A stretch of DNA of 64,000 nt from Eledone cirrhosa (taxonomy: Eukaryota), in contig OZ024741.1 of NCBI GenBank assembly GCA_964016885.1, positions 150,412,001 to 150,476,000 on the forward strand. Direction: 5' to 3'. The notes under the pieces were generated by a model. It saw only the letters and a program-made list of their open reading frames with translations. It ran no database searches and was not told where the DNA came from. This document shows positions 1-15,000 of the stretch, piece after piece (within the stretch, counting starts at the first letter, position 1; every line of letters begins with the position of its first letter). The position numbers and the translations under genes were made by a program.

Positions 1-3000
1 TTAACACTATATCGTCTGTTCTGCTGTTGCTAGACTACGGCCATGCTGGAGGGCAGAGGTTAACACTATATCTTCTGTTCTGCTGTTGCTAGACTACGGC
101 CATGCTGGAGGGCAGACGTTAACACTATATCTTCTGTTCTGCTGTTGCTAGACTACGGCCATGCTGGAGGGAAGACATTAACACTATATCTTCTGTTCTG
201 CTGTTGCTAGATTACGGCCATGCTGGAGGGAAGACATTAACACTATATCTTCTGTTTTGCTGGTGCTAGACTACGGCCATGCTGGAGGGAAGACATTAAC
301 ACTATATCTTCTGTTCTGCTGTTGCTAGACTACGGCCATGCTGGAGGGAAGACATTAACACTATATCTTCTGTTCTGCTGTTGATAGACTACGGCCATGC
401 TGGAGGGAAGACATTAACACTATATCTTCTGTTCTGCTGTTGGTAGACTACGGCCATGCTGGAGGGAAGACATTAACACTATATCTTCTGTTCTGCTGTT
501 GATAGACTACGGCCATGCTGGAGGGAAGACATTAAAACTATATCTTCTGTTCTGCTGTTGGCAGACTACGGCCATGCTGGAGGGAAGACATTAACACTAT
601 ATCTTCTGTTCTGCTGTTGATAGACTACGGCCATGCTGGAGGGAAGACATTAACACTATATCTTCTGTTCTGCTGTTGCTAGATTGCGGCCATGCCGGAG
701 GGAAGACATTAACACTATATCTTCTGTTTTGCTGGTGCTAGACTACGGCCATGCTGGAGGGAAGACATTAACACTATATCTTCTGTTTTGCTGGTGCTAG
801 ACTACGGCCATGCTGGAGGGAGGATATTAACACTATATCTTCTGTTTTGCTGTTGGTAGACTACGGCCATGCTAGAGGGAAGACATTAACACTATATCTT
901 CTGTTCTGCTGTTGGTAGACTACGGCCATGCTGGAGGGAGGATATTAACACTATATCTTCTGTTTTGCTGTTGGTAGTCTACGGCCATGCTGGAGGGAAG
1001 ACATTAACACTATATCTTCTGTTCTACTGTTGGTAGACTACGGCCATGCTGGAGGGAGGATATTAACACTATATCTTCTGTTGTGCTGTTGGAAGACTAC
1101 GGCCATGCTGGAGGGAAGACATTAACACTATATCTTCTGTTCTGCTGTTGGTAGACTACGGCCATGCTGGAGGGAGGATATTAACACTATATCTTCTGTT
1201 TTACTGTTGGTAGACTACGGCCATGCTGGAGTGAAGACATTAACACTATATCTTCTGTTCTGCTGTTGGTAGACTACGGCCATTCTGGAGGGAGGATATT
1301 AACACTATATCTTCTGTTTTGCTGTTGGTAGACTACGGCCATGCTGGAGGGAAGACATTAACACTATATCTTCTGTTCTACTGTTGGTAGACTACGGCCA
1401 TGCTGGAGGGAGGATATTAACACTATATCTTCTGTTTTGCTGTTGGTAGACTACGGCCATGCTGGAGGGAAGACATTAACACTATATCTTCTGTTCTGCT
1501 GTTGGTAGACTACGGCCATGCTGGAGGGAAGACATTAACACTATATCTTCTGTTCTGCTGTTGGTAGACTACGGCCATGCTGGAGGGAGGATATTAACAC
1601 TATATCTTCTGTTTTACTGGTGCTAGACTACGGCCATGCTGGAGGGAAGACATTAACACTATATCTTCTGTTCTGCTGTTGGTAGACTACGGCCATGCTG
1701 GAGGGAAGACATTAACACTATATCTTCTGTTCTGCTGTTGGTAGACTACGGCCATGCTGGAGGGAGGATATTAACACTATATCTTCTGTTTTGCTGTTGG
1801 TAGACTACGGCCATGCTGGAGGGAAGACATTAACACTATATCTTCTGTTCTACTGTTGGTAGACTCCGGCCATGCTGGAGGGAGGATATTAACACTATAT
1901 CTTCTGTTCTACTGTTGGTAGACTACGGCCATGCTGGAGGGAGGATATTAACACTATATCTTTTGTTTTGCTGTTGGTAGACTACGGCCATGCTGGAGGG
2001 AAGACATTAACACTATATCTTCTGTTCTGCTGTTGGTAGACTACGGCCATTCTGGAGAGAGGACATTAACACTATATCTTCTGTTTTGCTGTTGGTAGAC
2101 TACGGCCATGCTGGAGGGAAGACATTAACACTATATCTTCTGTTCTACTGGTGGTAGACTACGGCCATGCTGGAGGGAGGATATTAACATTATATCTTCT
2201 GTTTTGCTGTTGGTAGACTACGGCCATGCTGGAGGGAAGACATTAACACTATATCTTCTGTTCTGCTGTTGGTAGACTACGGCCATGCTGGAGGGAGGAT
2301 ATTAACACTATATCTTCTGTTTTACTGGTGCTAGACTACGGCCATGCTGGAGGGAAGACATTAACACTATATCTTCTGTTCTGCTGTTGGTAGACTACGG
2401 CCATGCTGGAGGGAAGACATTAACACTATATCTTCTGTTCTGCTGTTGGTAGACTACGGCCATGCTGGAGGGAGGATATTAACACTATATCTTCTGTTTT
2501 ACTGGTGCTAGACTACAGCCATGCTGGAGGAAAGACATTAACACTATATCTTCTGTTCTGCTGTTGGTAGACTACGGTCATGCTGGAGGGAAGACATTAA
2601 CACTATATCTTCTGTTCTGCTGTTGGTAGACTACGGCCATGCTGGAGAGAAGACATTAACACTATATCTTCTGTTCTGCTGTTGCTAGACTACGGCCATG
2701 CTGGAGGGAAGACACTAACACTATATCTTCTGTTCTGCTGTCGCTAGACTACGGCCATGCTGGAGGGAAGACATTAACACTATATCTTCTGTTCTGCTGT
2801 TGGTAGAGTACGGCCATGCTGGAGGGAAGGCATTAACACTATATCTTCTGTTCTGCTGTTGCTAGACTACGGCCATGCTGGAGGGCAGACGTTAACACTA
2901 TATCTTCTGTTCTGCTGTTGCTAGACTACGGCCATGCTGGAGGGCAGCCGTTAACACTATATCTTCTGTTCTGCTGTTGCTAGACTACGGCCATGCTGGA

Positions 3001-6000
3001 GGGCAGACGTTAACACTATATCTTCTGTTTTGCTGGTGCTAGACTACGACCATGCTGGAGGGAAGACATTAACACTATATCTTCTGTTCTGCTGTTGGTA
3101 GACTACGGCCATGTTGGAGGGAAGACATTAACACTATATCTTCTGTTCTGCTGTTGGTAGACTACGGCCATGCTGGAGGGAAGACATTAACACTATATCT
3201 TCTGTTCTGCTGTTGCTAGACTACGGCCATACTGGCGGGAAGACATTAACACTATATCTTCTGTTTTGTTGTTGCTAGACTACGGCCATGCTGGAGGGAA
3301 GACATTAACACTATATCTTCTGTTCTGCTGTTGCTAGACTACGGCCATGCTGGAGGGCAGACATTAACACTATATCTTCTGTTTTGCTGTTGCTAGACTA
3401 CGGCCATGCTGGAGGGAAGACATTAACACTATATCTTCTGTTCTGCTGTTGCTAGACTACGGCCATGCTGGAGGGAAGACATTAACACTATATCTTCTGT
3501 TCTGCTGTTGCTAGACTACGGCCATGCTGGAGGGCAGACATTAACACTATATCTTCTGTTTTGCTGTTGGTAGACTACGGCCATGCTGGAGGGAAGACAT
3601 TAACACTATATCTTCTGTTCTGCTGTTGGTAGACTACGGCCATGCTGGAGGGAAGACATTAACACTATATCTTCTGTTCTGCTGTTGCTAGACTACGGCC
3701 ATGCTGGAGGGAGGATATTAACACTATATCTTCTGTTTTACTGGTGCTAGACTACAGCCATGCTGGAGGAAAGACATTAACACTATATCTTCTGTTCTGC
3801 TGTTGGTAGACTACGGTCATGCTGGAGGGAAGACATTAACACTATATCTTCTGTTCTGCTGTTGGTAGACTACGGCCATGCTGGAGAGAAGACATTAACA
3901 CTATATCTTCTGTTCTGCTGTTGCTAGACTACGGCCATGCTGGAGGGAAGACACTAACACTATATCTTCTGTTCTGCTGTCGCTAGACTACGGCCATGCT
4001 GGAGGGAAGACATTAACACTATATCTTCTGTTCTGCTGTTGGTAGAGTACGGCCATGCTGGAGGGAAGGCATTAACACTATATCTTCTGTTCTGCTGTTG
4101 CTAGACTACGGCCATGCTGGAGGGCAGACGTTAACACTATATCTTCTGTTCTGCTGTTGCTAGACTACGGCCATGCTGGAGGGCAGCCGTTAACACTATA
4201 TCTTCTGTTCTGCTGTTGCTAGACTACGGCCATGCTGGAGGGCAGACGTTAACACTATATCTTCTGTTTTGCTGGTGCTAGACTACGACCATGCTGGAGG
4301 GAAGACATTAACACTATATCTTCTGTTCTGCTGTTGGTAGACTACGGCCATGCTGGAGGGAAGACATTAACACTATATCTTCTGTTCTGCTGTTGGTAGA
4401 CTACGGCCATGCTGGAGGGAAGACATTAACACTATATCTTCTGTTCTGCTGTTGCTAGACTACGGCCATACTGGCGGGAAGACATTAACACTATATCTTC
4501 TGTTTTGTTGTTGCTAGACTACGGCCATGCTGGAGGGAAGACATTAACACTATATCTTCTGTTCTGCTGTTGCTAGACTACGGCCATGCTGGAGGGCAGA
4601 CATTAACACTATATCTTCTGTTTTGCTGTTGCTAGACTACGGCCATGCTGGAGGGAAGACATTAACACTATATCTTCTGTTCTGCTGTTGCTAGACTACG
4701 GCCATGCTGGAGGGAAGACATTAACACTATATCTTCTGTTCTGCTGTTGCTAGACTACGGCCATGCTGGAGGGCAGACATTAACACTATATCTTCTGTTT
4801 TGCTGTTGGTAGACTACGGCCATGCTGGAGGGAAGACATTAACACTATATCTTCTGTTCTGCTGTTGGTAGACTACGGCCCTGCTGGAGGGAAGACATTA
4901 ACACTATATCTTCTGTTCTGCTGTTGCTAGACTACGGCCATGCTGGAGGGAAGACATTAACACTATATCTTCTGTTTTGCTGGTGCTAGACTACGGCCAT
5001 GCTGGAGGGAAGACATTAACACTATATCTTCTGTCTTGCTGGTGCTAGACTACGGCCATGCTGGAGGGAAGACATTAACACTATATCTTCTGTTCTGCTG
5101 TTGGTAGACTACGGCCATTCTGGAGGGAGGATATTAACACTATATCTTCTGTTTTGCTGTTGGTAGACTACGGCCATGCTGGAGGGAAGACATTAACACT
5201 ATATCTTCTGTTCTACTGTTGGTAGACTACGGCCATGCTGGAGGGAGGATATTAACACTATATCTTCTGTTTTGCTGTTGGTAGACTACGGCCATGCTGG
5301 AGGGAAGACATTAACACTATATCTTCTGTTCTGCTGTTGGTAGACTACGGCCATGCTGGAGGGAGGATATTAACACTATATCTTCTGTTTTGCTGTTGGT
5401 AGACTACGGCCATGCTGGAGGGAAGACATTAACACTATATCTTCTGTTCTACTGTTGGTAGACTACGGCCATGCTGGAGGGAGGATATTAACACTATATC
5501 TTCTGTTCTACTGTTGGTAGACTACGGCCATGCTGGAGGGAGGATATTAACACTATATCTTTTGTTTTGCTGTTGGTAGACTACGGCCATGCTGGAGGGA
5601 AGACATTAACACTATATCTTCTGTTCTGCTGTTGGTAGACTACGGCCATTCTGGAGGGAGGATATTAACACTATATCTTCTGTTTTGCTGTTGGTAGACT
5701 ACGGCCATGCTGGAGGGAAGACATTAACACTATATCTTCTGTTCTACTGTTGGTAGACTACGGCCATGCTGGAGGGAAGACATTAACACTATATCTTCTG
5801 TTCTGCTGTTGGTAGACTACGGCCATGCTGGAGGGAGGATATTAACACTATATCTTCTGTTTTACTGGTGCTAGACTACGGCCATGCTGGAGGGAAGACA
5901 TTAACACTATATCTTCTGTTCTGCTGTTGGTCGACTACGGCCATGCTGGAGGGAGGATATTAACACTATATCTTCTGTTTTACTGGTGCTAGACTACGGC

Positions 6001-9000
6001 CATGCTGGAGGGAAGACATTGACACTATATCTTCTGTTCTGCTGTTGGTAGACTACGGCCATGCTGGAGGGAAGACATTAACACTATATCTTCTGTTCTG
6101 CTGTTGGTAGACTACGGCCATGCTGGAGAGAAGACATTAACACTATATCTTCTGTTCTGCTGTTGCTAGACTACGGCCATGCTGGAGGGAAGACATTAAC
6201 ACTATATCTTCTGTTCTGCTGTTGGTAGACTACGGCCATGCTGGAGGGAAGACATTAACACTATATCTTCTGTTCTGCTGTTGGTAGACTACGGCCATGC
6301 TGGAGGGAGGATATTAACACTATATCTTCTGTTTTACTGGTGCTAGACTACGGCCATGCTGGAGGGAAGACATTAACACTATATCTTCTGTTCTGCTGTT
6401 GGTAGACTACGGCCATGCTGGAGGGAAGACATTAACACTATATCTTCTGTTCTGCTGTTGGTAGACTACGGCCATGCTGGAGAGAAGACATTAACACTAT
6501 ATCTTCTGCTCTGCTGTTGCTAGACTACGGCCATGCTGGAGGGAAGACATTAACACTATATCTTCTGTTCTGCTGTTGCTAGACTAGGGCCATGCTGGAG
6601 GGAAGACATTAACACTATATCCCCTGTTCTGCTGTCGCTAGACTACGGCCATGCTGGAGGGAAGACATTAACACTATATCTTCTGTTCTGCTGTTGGTAG
6701 ACTACGGCCATGCTGGAGGTAAGACATTAACACTATATCTTCTGTTTTGCTGTTGGTAGAGTACGGCCATGCTGGAGGGAAGACATTAACACTATATCTT
6801 CTGTTCTGCTGTTGCTAGACTACGGCCATGCTGGAGGGAAGACATTAACACTATATCTGCTGTTCTGCTGTTGCTAGACTACGGCCATGCTGGAGGGCAG
6901 ACGTTAACACTATATCTTCTGTTCTGCTGTTGCTAGACTACGGCCATGCTGGAGGGCAGACGTTAACACTATATCTTCTGTTCTGCTGTTGCTAGACTAC
7001 GGCCATGCTGGAGGGCAGACCTTAACACCATATCCTCTGTTTTGCTGGTGCTAGACTACGGCCATGCTGGAGGGCAGACGTTAACACTATATCTTCTGTT
7101 CTGCTGTTGCTAGACTACGGCCATGCTGGAGGGAAGACATTAACACTATATCTTCTGTTCTGCTGTTGCTAGACTACGGCCATGCTGGAGGGCAGACGTT
7201 AACACTATATCTCCTGTTCTGCTGTTGCTAGACTACGGCCATGCTGGAGGGCAGACGTTAACACTATATCTTCTGTTCTGCTGTTGGTAGACTACGGCCA
7301 TGCTGGAGGGAAGACATTAACACTATATCTTCTGTTCTGCTGTTGGTAGACTACGGCCATGCTGGAGGGAAGACATTAACACTATATCTTCTGTTCTGCT
7401 GTTGCTAGACTACGGCCATGCTGGAGGGAAGACATTAACACTATATCTTCTGTTTTGCTGGTGCTAGACTACGGCCATGCTGGAGGGAAGACATTAACAC
7501 TATATCTTCTGTTCTGCTGTTGGTAGACTACGGCCATTCTGGAGTGAGGATATTAACACTATATCTTCTGTTTTGCTGTTGGTAGACTACGGCCATGCTG
7601 GAGGGAAGACATTAACACTATATCTTCTGTTCTACTGTTGGTAGACTACGGCCATGCTGGAGGGAGGATATTAACACTATATCTTCTGTTTTGCTGTTGG
7701 TAGACTACGGCCATGCTGGAGGGAAGACATTAACACTATATCTTCTGTTCTGCTGTTGGTAGACTACGGCCATGCTGGAGGGAAGACATTAACACTATAT
7801 CTTCTGTTCTGCTGTTGGTAGACTACGGCCATGCTGGAGGGAGGATATTAACACTATATCTTCTGTTTTACTGGTGCTAGACTACGGCCATGCTGGAGGG
7901 AAGACATTAACACTATATCTTCTGTTCTGCTGTTGGTAGACTACGGCCATGCTGGAGGGAAGACATTAACACTATATCTTCTGTTCTGCTGTTGGTAGAC
8001 TACGGCCATGCTGGAGGGAGGATATTAACACTATATCTTCTGTTTTGCTGTTGGTAGACTACGGCCATGCTGGAGGGAAGACATTAACACTATATCTTCT
8101 GTTCTACTGTTGGTAGACTTCGGCCATGCTGGAGGGAGGATATTAACACTATATCTTCTGTTCTACAGTTGGTAGACTACGGCCATGCTGGAGGGAGGAT
8201 ATTAACACTATATCTTTTGTTTTGCTGTTGGTAGACTACGGCCATGCTGGAGGGAAGACATTAACACTATATCTTCTGTTCTGCTGTTGGTAGACTACGG
8301 CCATTCTGGAGGGAGGATATTAACACTATATCTTCTGTTTTGCTGTTGGTAGACTACGGCCATGCTGTAGGGAAGACATTAACACTATATCTTCTGTTCT
8401 ACTGTTGGTAGACTACGGCCATGCTGGAGGGAAGACATTAACACTATATCTTCTGTTCTGCTGTTGGTAGACTACGGCCATGCTGGAGGGAGGATATTAA
8501 CACTATATCTTCTGTTTTACTGGTGCTAGACTACGGCCATGCTGGAGGGAAGACATTAACACTATATCTTCTGTTCTGCTGTTGGTAGACTACGGCCATG
8601 CTGGAGGGAAGACATTAACACTATATCTTCTGTTCTGCTGTTGGTAGACTACGGCCATGCTGGAGGGAGGATATTAACACTATATCTTCTGTTTTACTGG
8701 TGCTAGACTACGGCCATGCTGGAGGGAAGACATTAACACTATATCTTCTGTTCTGCTGTTGGTAGACTACGGCCATGCTGGAGGGAAGACATTAACACTA
8801 TATCTTCTGTTCTGCTGTTGGTAGACTACGGCCATGCTGGAGAGAAGACATTAACACTATATTTTCTGTTCTGCTGTTGCTAGACTACGGCCATGCTGGA
8901 GAGAAGACATTAACACTATATCTTCTGTTCTGCTGTTGGTAGACTACGGCCATGCTGGAGGGAAGACATTAACACTATATCTTCTGTTCTGCTGTTGGTA

Positions 9001-12000
9001 GACTACGGCCATGCTGGAGGGAGGATATTAACACTATATCTTCTGTTTTACTGGTGCTAGACTACGGCCATGCTGGAGGGAAGACATTAACACTATATCT
9101 TCTGTTCTGCTGTTGGTAGACTACGGCCATTCTGGAGGGAGGATATTAACACTATATCTTCTGTTTTGCTGTTGGTAGACTACGGCCATGCTGGAGGGAA
9201 GACATTAACACTATATCTTCTGTTCTACTGTTGGTAGACTACGGCCATGCTGGAGGGAAAACATTAACACTATATCTTCTGTTCTGCTGTTGGTAGACTA
9301 CGGCCATGCTGGAGGGAGGATATTAACACTATATCTTCTGTTTTACTGGTGCTAGACTACGGCCATGCTGGAGGGAAGACATTAACACTATATCTTCTGT
9401 TCTGCTGTTGGTAGACTACGGCCATGCTGGAGGGAAGACATTAACACTATATCTTCTGTTCTGCTGTTGGTAGAGTACGGCCATGCTGGAGGGAAGACAT
9501 TAACACTATATCTTCTGTTTTGCTGTTGGTAGACTACGGCCATGCTGGAGGGAAGACATTAACACTATATCTTCTGTTCTGCTGTTGGTAGACTACGGCC
9601 CTGCTGGAGGGAAGACATTAACACTATATCTTCTGTTCTGCTGTTGCTAGACTACGGCCATGCTGGAGGGAAGACATTAACACTATATCTTCTGTTTTGC
9701 TGGTGCTAGACTACGGCCATGCTGGAGGGAAGACATTAACACTATATCTTCTGTCTTGCTGGTGCTAGACTACGGCCATGCTGGAGGGAAGACATTAACA
9801 CTATATCTTCTGTTCTGCTGTTGGTAGACTACGGCCATTCTGGAGGGAGGATATTAACACTATATCTTCTGTTTTGCTGTTGGTAGACTACGGCCATGCT
9901 GGAGGGAAGACATTAACACTATATCTTCTGTTCTACTGTTGGTAGACTACGGCCATGCTGGAGGGAGGATATTAACACTATATCTTCTGTTTTGCTGTTG
10001 GTAGACTACGGCCATGCTGGAGGGAAGACATTAACACTATATCTTCTGTTCTGCTGTTGGTAGACTACGGCCATGCTGGAGGGAGGATATTAACACTATA
10101 TCTTCTGTTTTGCTGTTGGTAGACTACGGCCATGCTGGAGGGAAGACATTAACACTATATCTTCTGTTCTACTGTTGGTAGACTACGGCCATGCTGGAGG
10201 GAGGATATTAACACTATATCTTCTGTTCTACTGTTGGTAGACTACGGCCATGCTGGAGGGAGGATATTAACACTATATCTTTTGTTTTGCTGTTGGTAGA
10301 CTACGGCCATGCTGGAGGGAAGACATTAACACTATATCTTCTGTTCTGCTGTTGGTAGACTACGGCCATTCTGGAGGGAGGATATTAACACTATATCTTC
10401 TGTTTTGCTGTTGGTAGACTACGGCCATGCTGGAGGGAAGACATTAACACTATATCTTCTGTTCTACTGTTGGTAGACTACGGCCATGCTGGAGGGAAGA
10501 CATTAACACTATATCTTCTGTTCTGCTGTTGGTAGACTACGGCCATGCTGGAGGGAGGATATTAACACTATATCTTCTGTTTTACTGGTGCTAGACTACG
10601 GCCATGCTGGAGGGAAGACATTAACACTATATCTTCTGTTCTGCTGTTGGTCGACTACGGCCATGCTGGAGGGAGGATATTAACACTATATCTTCTGTTT
10701 TACTGGTGCTAGACTACGGCCATGCTGGAGGGAAGACATTGACACTATATCTTCTGTTCTGCTGTTGGTAGACTACGGCCATGCTGGAGGGAAGACATTA
10801 ACACTATATCTTCTGTTCTGCTGTTGGTAGAATACGGCCATGCTGGAGAGAAGACATTAACACTATATCTTCTGTTCTGCTGTTGCTAGACTACGGCCAT
10901 GCTGGAGGGAAGACATTAACACTATATCTTCTGTTCTGCTGTTGGTAGACTACGGCCATGCTGGAGGGAAGACATTAACACTATATCTTCTGTTCTGCTG
11001 TTGGTAGACTACGGCCATGCTGGAGGGAGGATATTAACACTATATCTTCTGTTTTACTGGTGCTAGACTACGGCCATGCTGGAGGGAAGACATTAACACT
11101 ATATCTTCTGTTCTGCTGTTGGTAGACTACGGCCATGCTGGAGGGAAGACATTAACACTATATCTTCTGTTCTGCTGTTGGTAGACTACGGCCATGCTGG
11201 AGAGAAGACATTAACACTATATCTTCTGTTCTGCTGTTGCTAGACTACGGCCATGCTGGAGGGAAGACATTAACACTATATCTTCTGTTCTGCTGTTGCT
11301 AGACTAGGGCCATGCTGGAGGGAAGACATTAACACTATATCCCCTGTTCTGCTGTCGCTAGACTACGGCCATGCTGGAGGGAAGACATTAACACTATATC
11401 TTCTGTTCTGCTGTTGGTAGACTACGGCCATGCTGGAGGTAAGACATTAACACTATATCTTCTGTTTTGCTGTTGGTAGAGTACGGCCATGCTGGAGGGA
11501 AGACATTAACACTATATCTTCTGTTCTGCTGTTGCTAGACTACGGCCATGCTGGAGGGAAGACATTAACACTATATCTGCTGTTCTGCTGTTGCTAGACT
11601 ACGGCCATGCTGGAGGGCAGACGTTAACACTATATCTTCTGTTCTGCTGTTGCTAGACTACGGCCATGCTGGAGGGCAGACGTTAACACTATATCTTCTG
11701 TTCTGCTGTTGCTAGACTACGGCCATGCTGGAGGGCAGACCTTAACACCATATCCTCTGTTTTGCTGGTGCTAGACTACGGCCATGCTGGAGGGCAGACG
11801 TTAACACTATATCTTCTGTTCTGCTGTTGCTAGACTACGGCCATGCTGGAGGGAAGACATTAACACTATATCTTCTGTTCTGCTGTTGCTAGACTACGGC
11901 CATGCTGGAGGGCAGACGTTAACACTATATCTCCTGTTCTGCTGTTGCTAGACTACGGCCATGCTGGAGGGCAGACGTTAACACTATATCTTCTGTTCTG

Positions 12001-15000
12001 CTGTTGGTAGACTACGGCCATGCTGGAGGGAAGACATTAACACTATATCTTCTGTTCTGCTGTTGGTAGACTACGGCCATGCTGGAGGGAAGACATTAAC
12101 ACTATATCTTCTGTTCTGCTGTTGCTAGACTACGGCCATGCTGGAGGGAAGACATTAACACTATATCTTCTGTTTTGCTGGTGCTAGACTACGGCCATGC
12201 TGGAGGGAAGACATTAACACTATATCTTCTGTTCTGCTGTTGGTAGACTACGGCCATTCTGGAGTGAGGATATTAACACTATATCTTCTGTTCTGCTGTT
12301 GCTAGACTACGGCCATGCTGGAGGGAAGACATTAACACTATATCTTCTGTTTTGCTGGTGCTAGACTACGGCCATGCTGGAGGGAAGACATTAACACTAT
12401 ATCTTCTGTTCTGCTGTTGATAGACTACGGCCATGCTGGAGGGAAGACATTAACACTATATATTCTGTTCTACTGTTGCTAGACTACGGCCATGCTGGAG
12501 GGAGGATATTAACACTATATCTTCTGTTTTAGTGGTGCTAGACTACGGCCATGCTGGAGGGAGGATATTAACACTATATCTTCTGTTTTGCTGTTGGTAG
12601 ACTACGGCCATGCTGGAGGGAAGACATTAACACTATATCTTCTGTTCTGCTGTTGGTAGACTACGGCCATGCTGGAGGGAGGATATTAACACTATATCTT
12701 CTGTTTTGCTGTTGGTAGACTACGGCCATGCTGGAGGGAAGACATTAACACTATATCTTCTGTTCTGCTGTTGGTAGTCTACGGCCATGCTGGAGGGAGG
12801 ATATTAACACTATATCTTCTGTTTTGCTGTTGGTAGACTACGGCCATGCTGGAGGGAAGACATTAACACTATATCTTCTGTTCTACTGTTGGTAGACTAC
12901 GGCCATGCTGGAGGGAGGATATTAACACTATATCTTCTGTTTTGCTGTTGGTAGACTACGGCCATGCTGGAAAGAAGACATTAACACTATATCTTCTGTT
13001 CTGCTGTTGGTAGACTACGGCCATGCTGGAGGGAGGATATTAACACTATATCTTCTGTTTTACTGGTGCTAGACTACGGCCATGCTGGATGGAAGACATT
13101 AACACTATATCTTCTGTTTTACTGGTGCTAGACTACGGCCATGCTGGAGGGAAGACATTAACACTATATCTTCTGTTCTGCTGTTGCTAGACTACGGCCA
13201 TGCTGGAGGGAAGACATTAACACTATATCTTCTGTTCTGCTGTTGATAGACTACGGCCATGCTGGAGGGAAGACATTAACACTATATCTTCTGTTCAGCT
13301 GTTGCTAGACTACGGCCATGCTGGAGGGAAGACATTAACACTATATCTTCTGTTCTGCTGTTGCTAGACTACGGCCATGCCGGAGGGAAGACATTAACAC
13401 TATATCTTCTGTTCTGCTGTTGATAGACTACGGCCATGCTGGAGGGAAGAAATTAACACTATATCTTCTGTTTTGCTGTTGCTAGACTACGGCCATGCTG
13501 GAGGGAAGACATTAACACGATATCTTCCGTTTTGCTGTTGCTAGACTACGGCCATGCTGGAGGGCAGACATTAACACTATATATTCTGTTCTGCTGTTGC
13601 TAGACTACGGCCATGCTAGAGGGAAGACATTAACACTATATCTTCTGTTTTGCTGGTGCTAGACTACGGCCATGCTGGAGGGCAGACATTAACACTCTAT
13701 CTTCTGTTCTGCTGTTGCTAGACTACGGCCATGCTGGAGGGAAGACATTAACACTATATCTTCTGTTCTGCTGTTGCTAGACTACGGCCATGCTGGAGGG
13801 AAGACATTAACACAATATCTTCTGTTTTGCTGGTGCTAGACTACGGCCATGCTGGAGGGCAGACATTAACACTATATCTTCTGTTCTGCTGTTGGTAGAC
13901 TACGGCCATGCTGGAGGGAAGACATTAACACTATATCTTCTGTTCTGCTGTTGGTAGACTACGGCCATGCTGGAGGGAAGACATTAACACTATATCTTCT
14001 GTTTTGCTGTTGGTAGACTACGGCCATGCTGGAGGGAAGACATTAACACTATATCTTCTGTTCTGCTGTTGATAGACTACGACCATGCTGGAGGGAAGAC
14101 ATTAACACTATATCTTCTGTTCTACTGTTGCTAGACTACGGCCATGCTGGAGGGAGGATATTAACACTATATCTTCTGTTTTACTGGTGCTAGACTACGG
14201 CCATGCTGGAGGGAGGATATTAACACTATATCTTCTGTTTTGCTGTTGGTAGACTACGGTCATGCTGGAGGGAAGACATTAACACTATATCTTCTGTTCT
14301 GCTGTTGGTAGACTACGGCCATGCTGGAGGGAGGATATTAACACTATATCTTCTGTTTTGCTGTTGGTAGACAACGGCCATGCTGGAGCGAAGACATTAA
14401 CACTATATCTTCTGTTCTGTTGTTGGTAGACTACGGCCATGCTGGAGGGAGGATATTAACACTATATCTTCTGTTTTGCTGTTGGTACACTACGGCCATG
14501 CTGGAGGGAAGACATTAACACTATATCTTCTGTTCTACTGTTGGTAGACTACGGCCATGCTGGAGGGAGGATATTAACACTATATCTTCTGTTTTGCCGT
14601 TGGTAGACTACGGCCATGCTGGAGGGAAGACATTAACACTATATCTTCTGTTCTGCTGTTGGTAGACTACGGCCATGCTGGAGGGAGGATATTAACACTA
14701 TATCTTCTGTTTTGCTGTTGGTAGACTACGGCCATGCTGGAGGGAAGACATTAACACTATATCTTCTGTTCTGCTGTTGGTAGACTACGGCCATGCTGGA
14801 GGGAGGATATTAACACTATATCTTCTGTTTTACTGGTGCTAGACTACGGCCATGCTGGAGGGAAGACATTAACACTATATCTTCTGTTCTGCTGTTGGTA
14901 GACTACGGCCATGCTGGAGGGAAGACATTAACACTATATCTTCTGTTCTGCTGTTGGTAGACTACGGCCATGCTGGAGGGAAGACATTAACACTATATCT

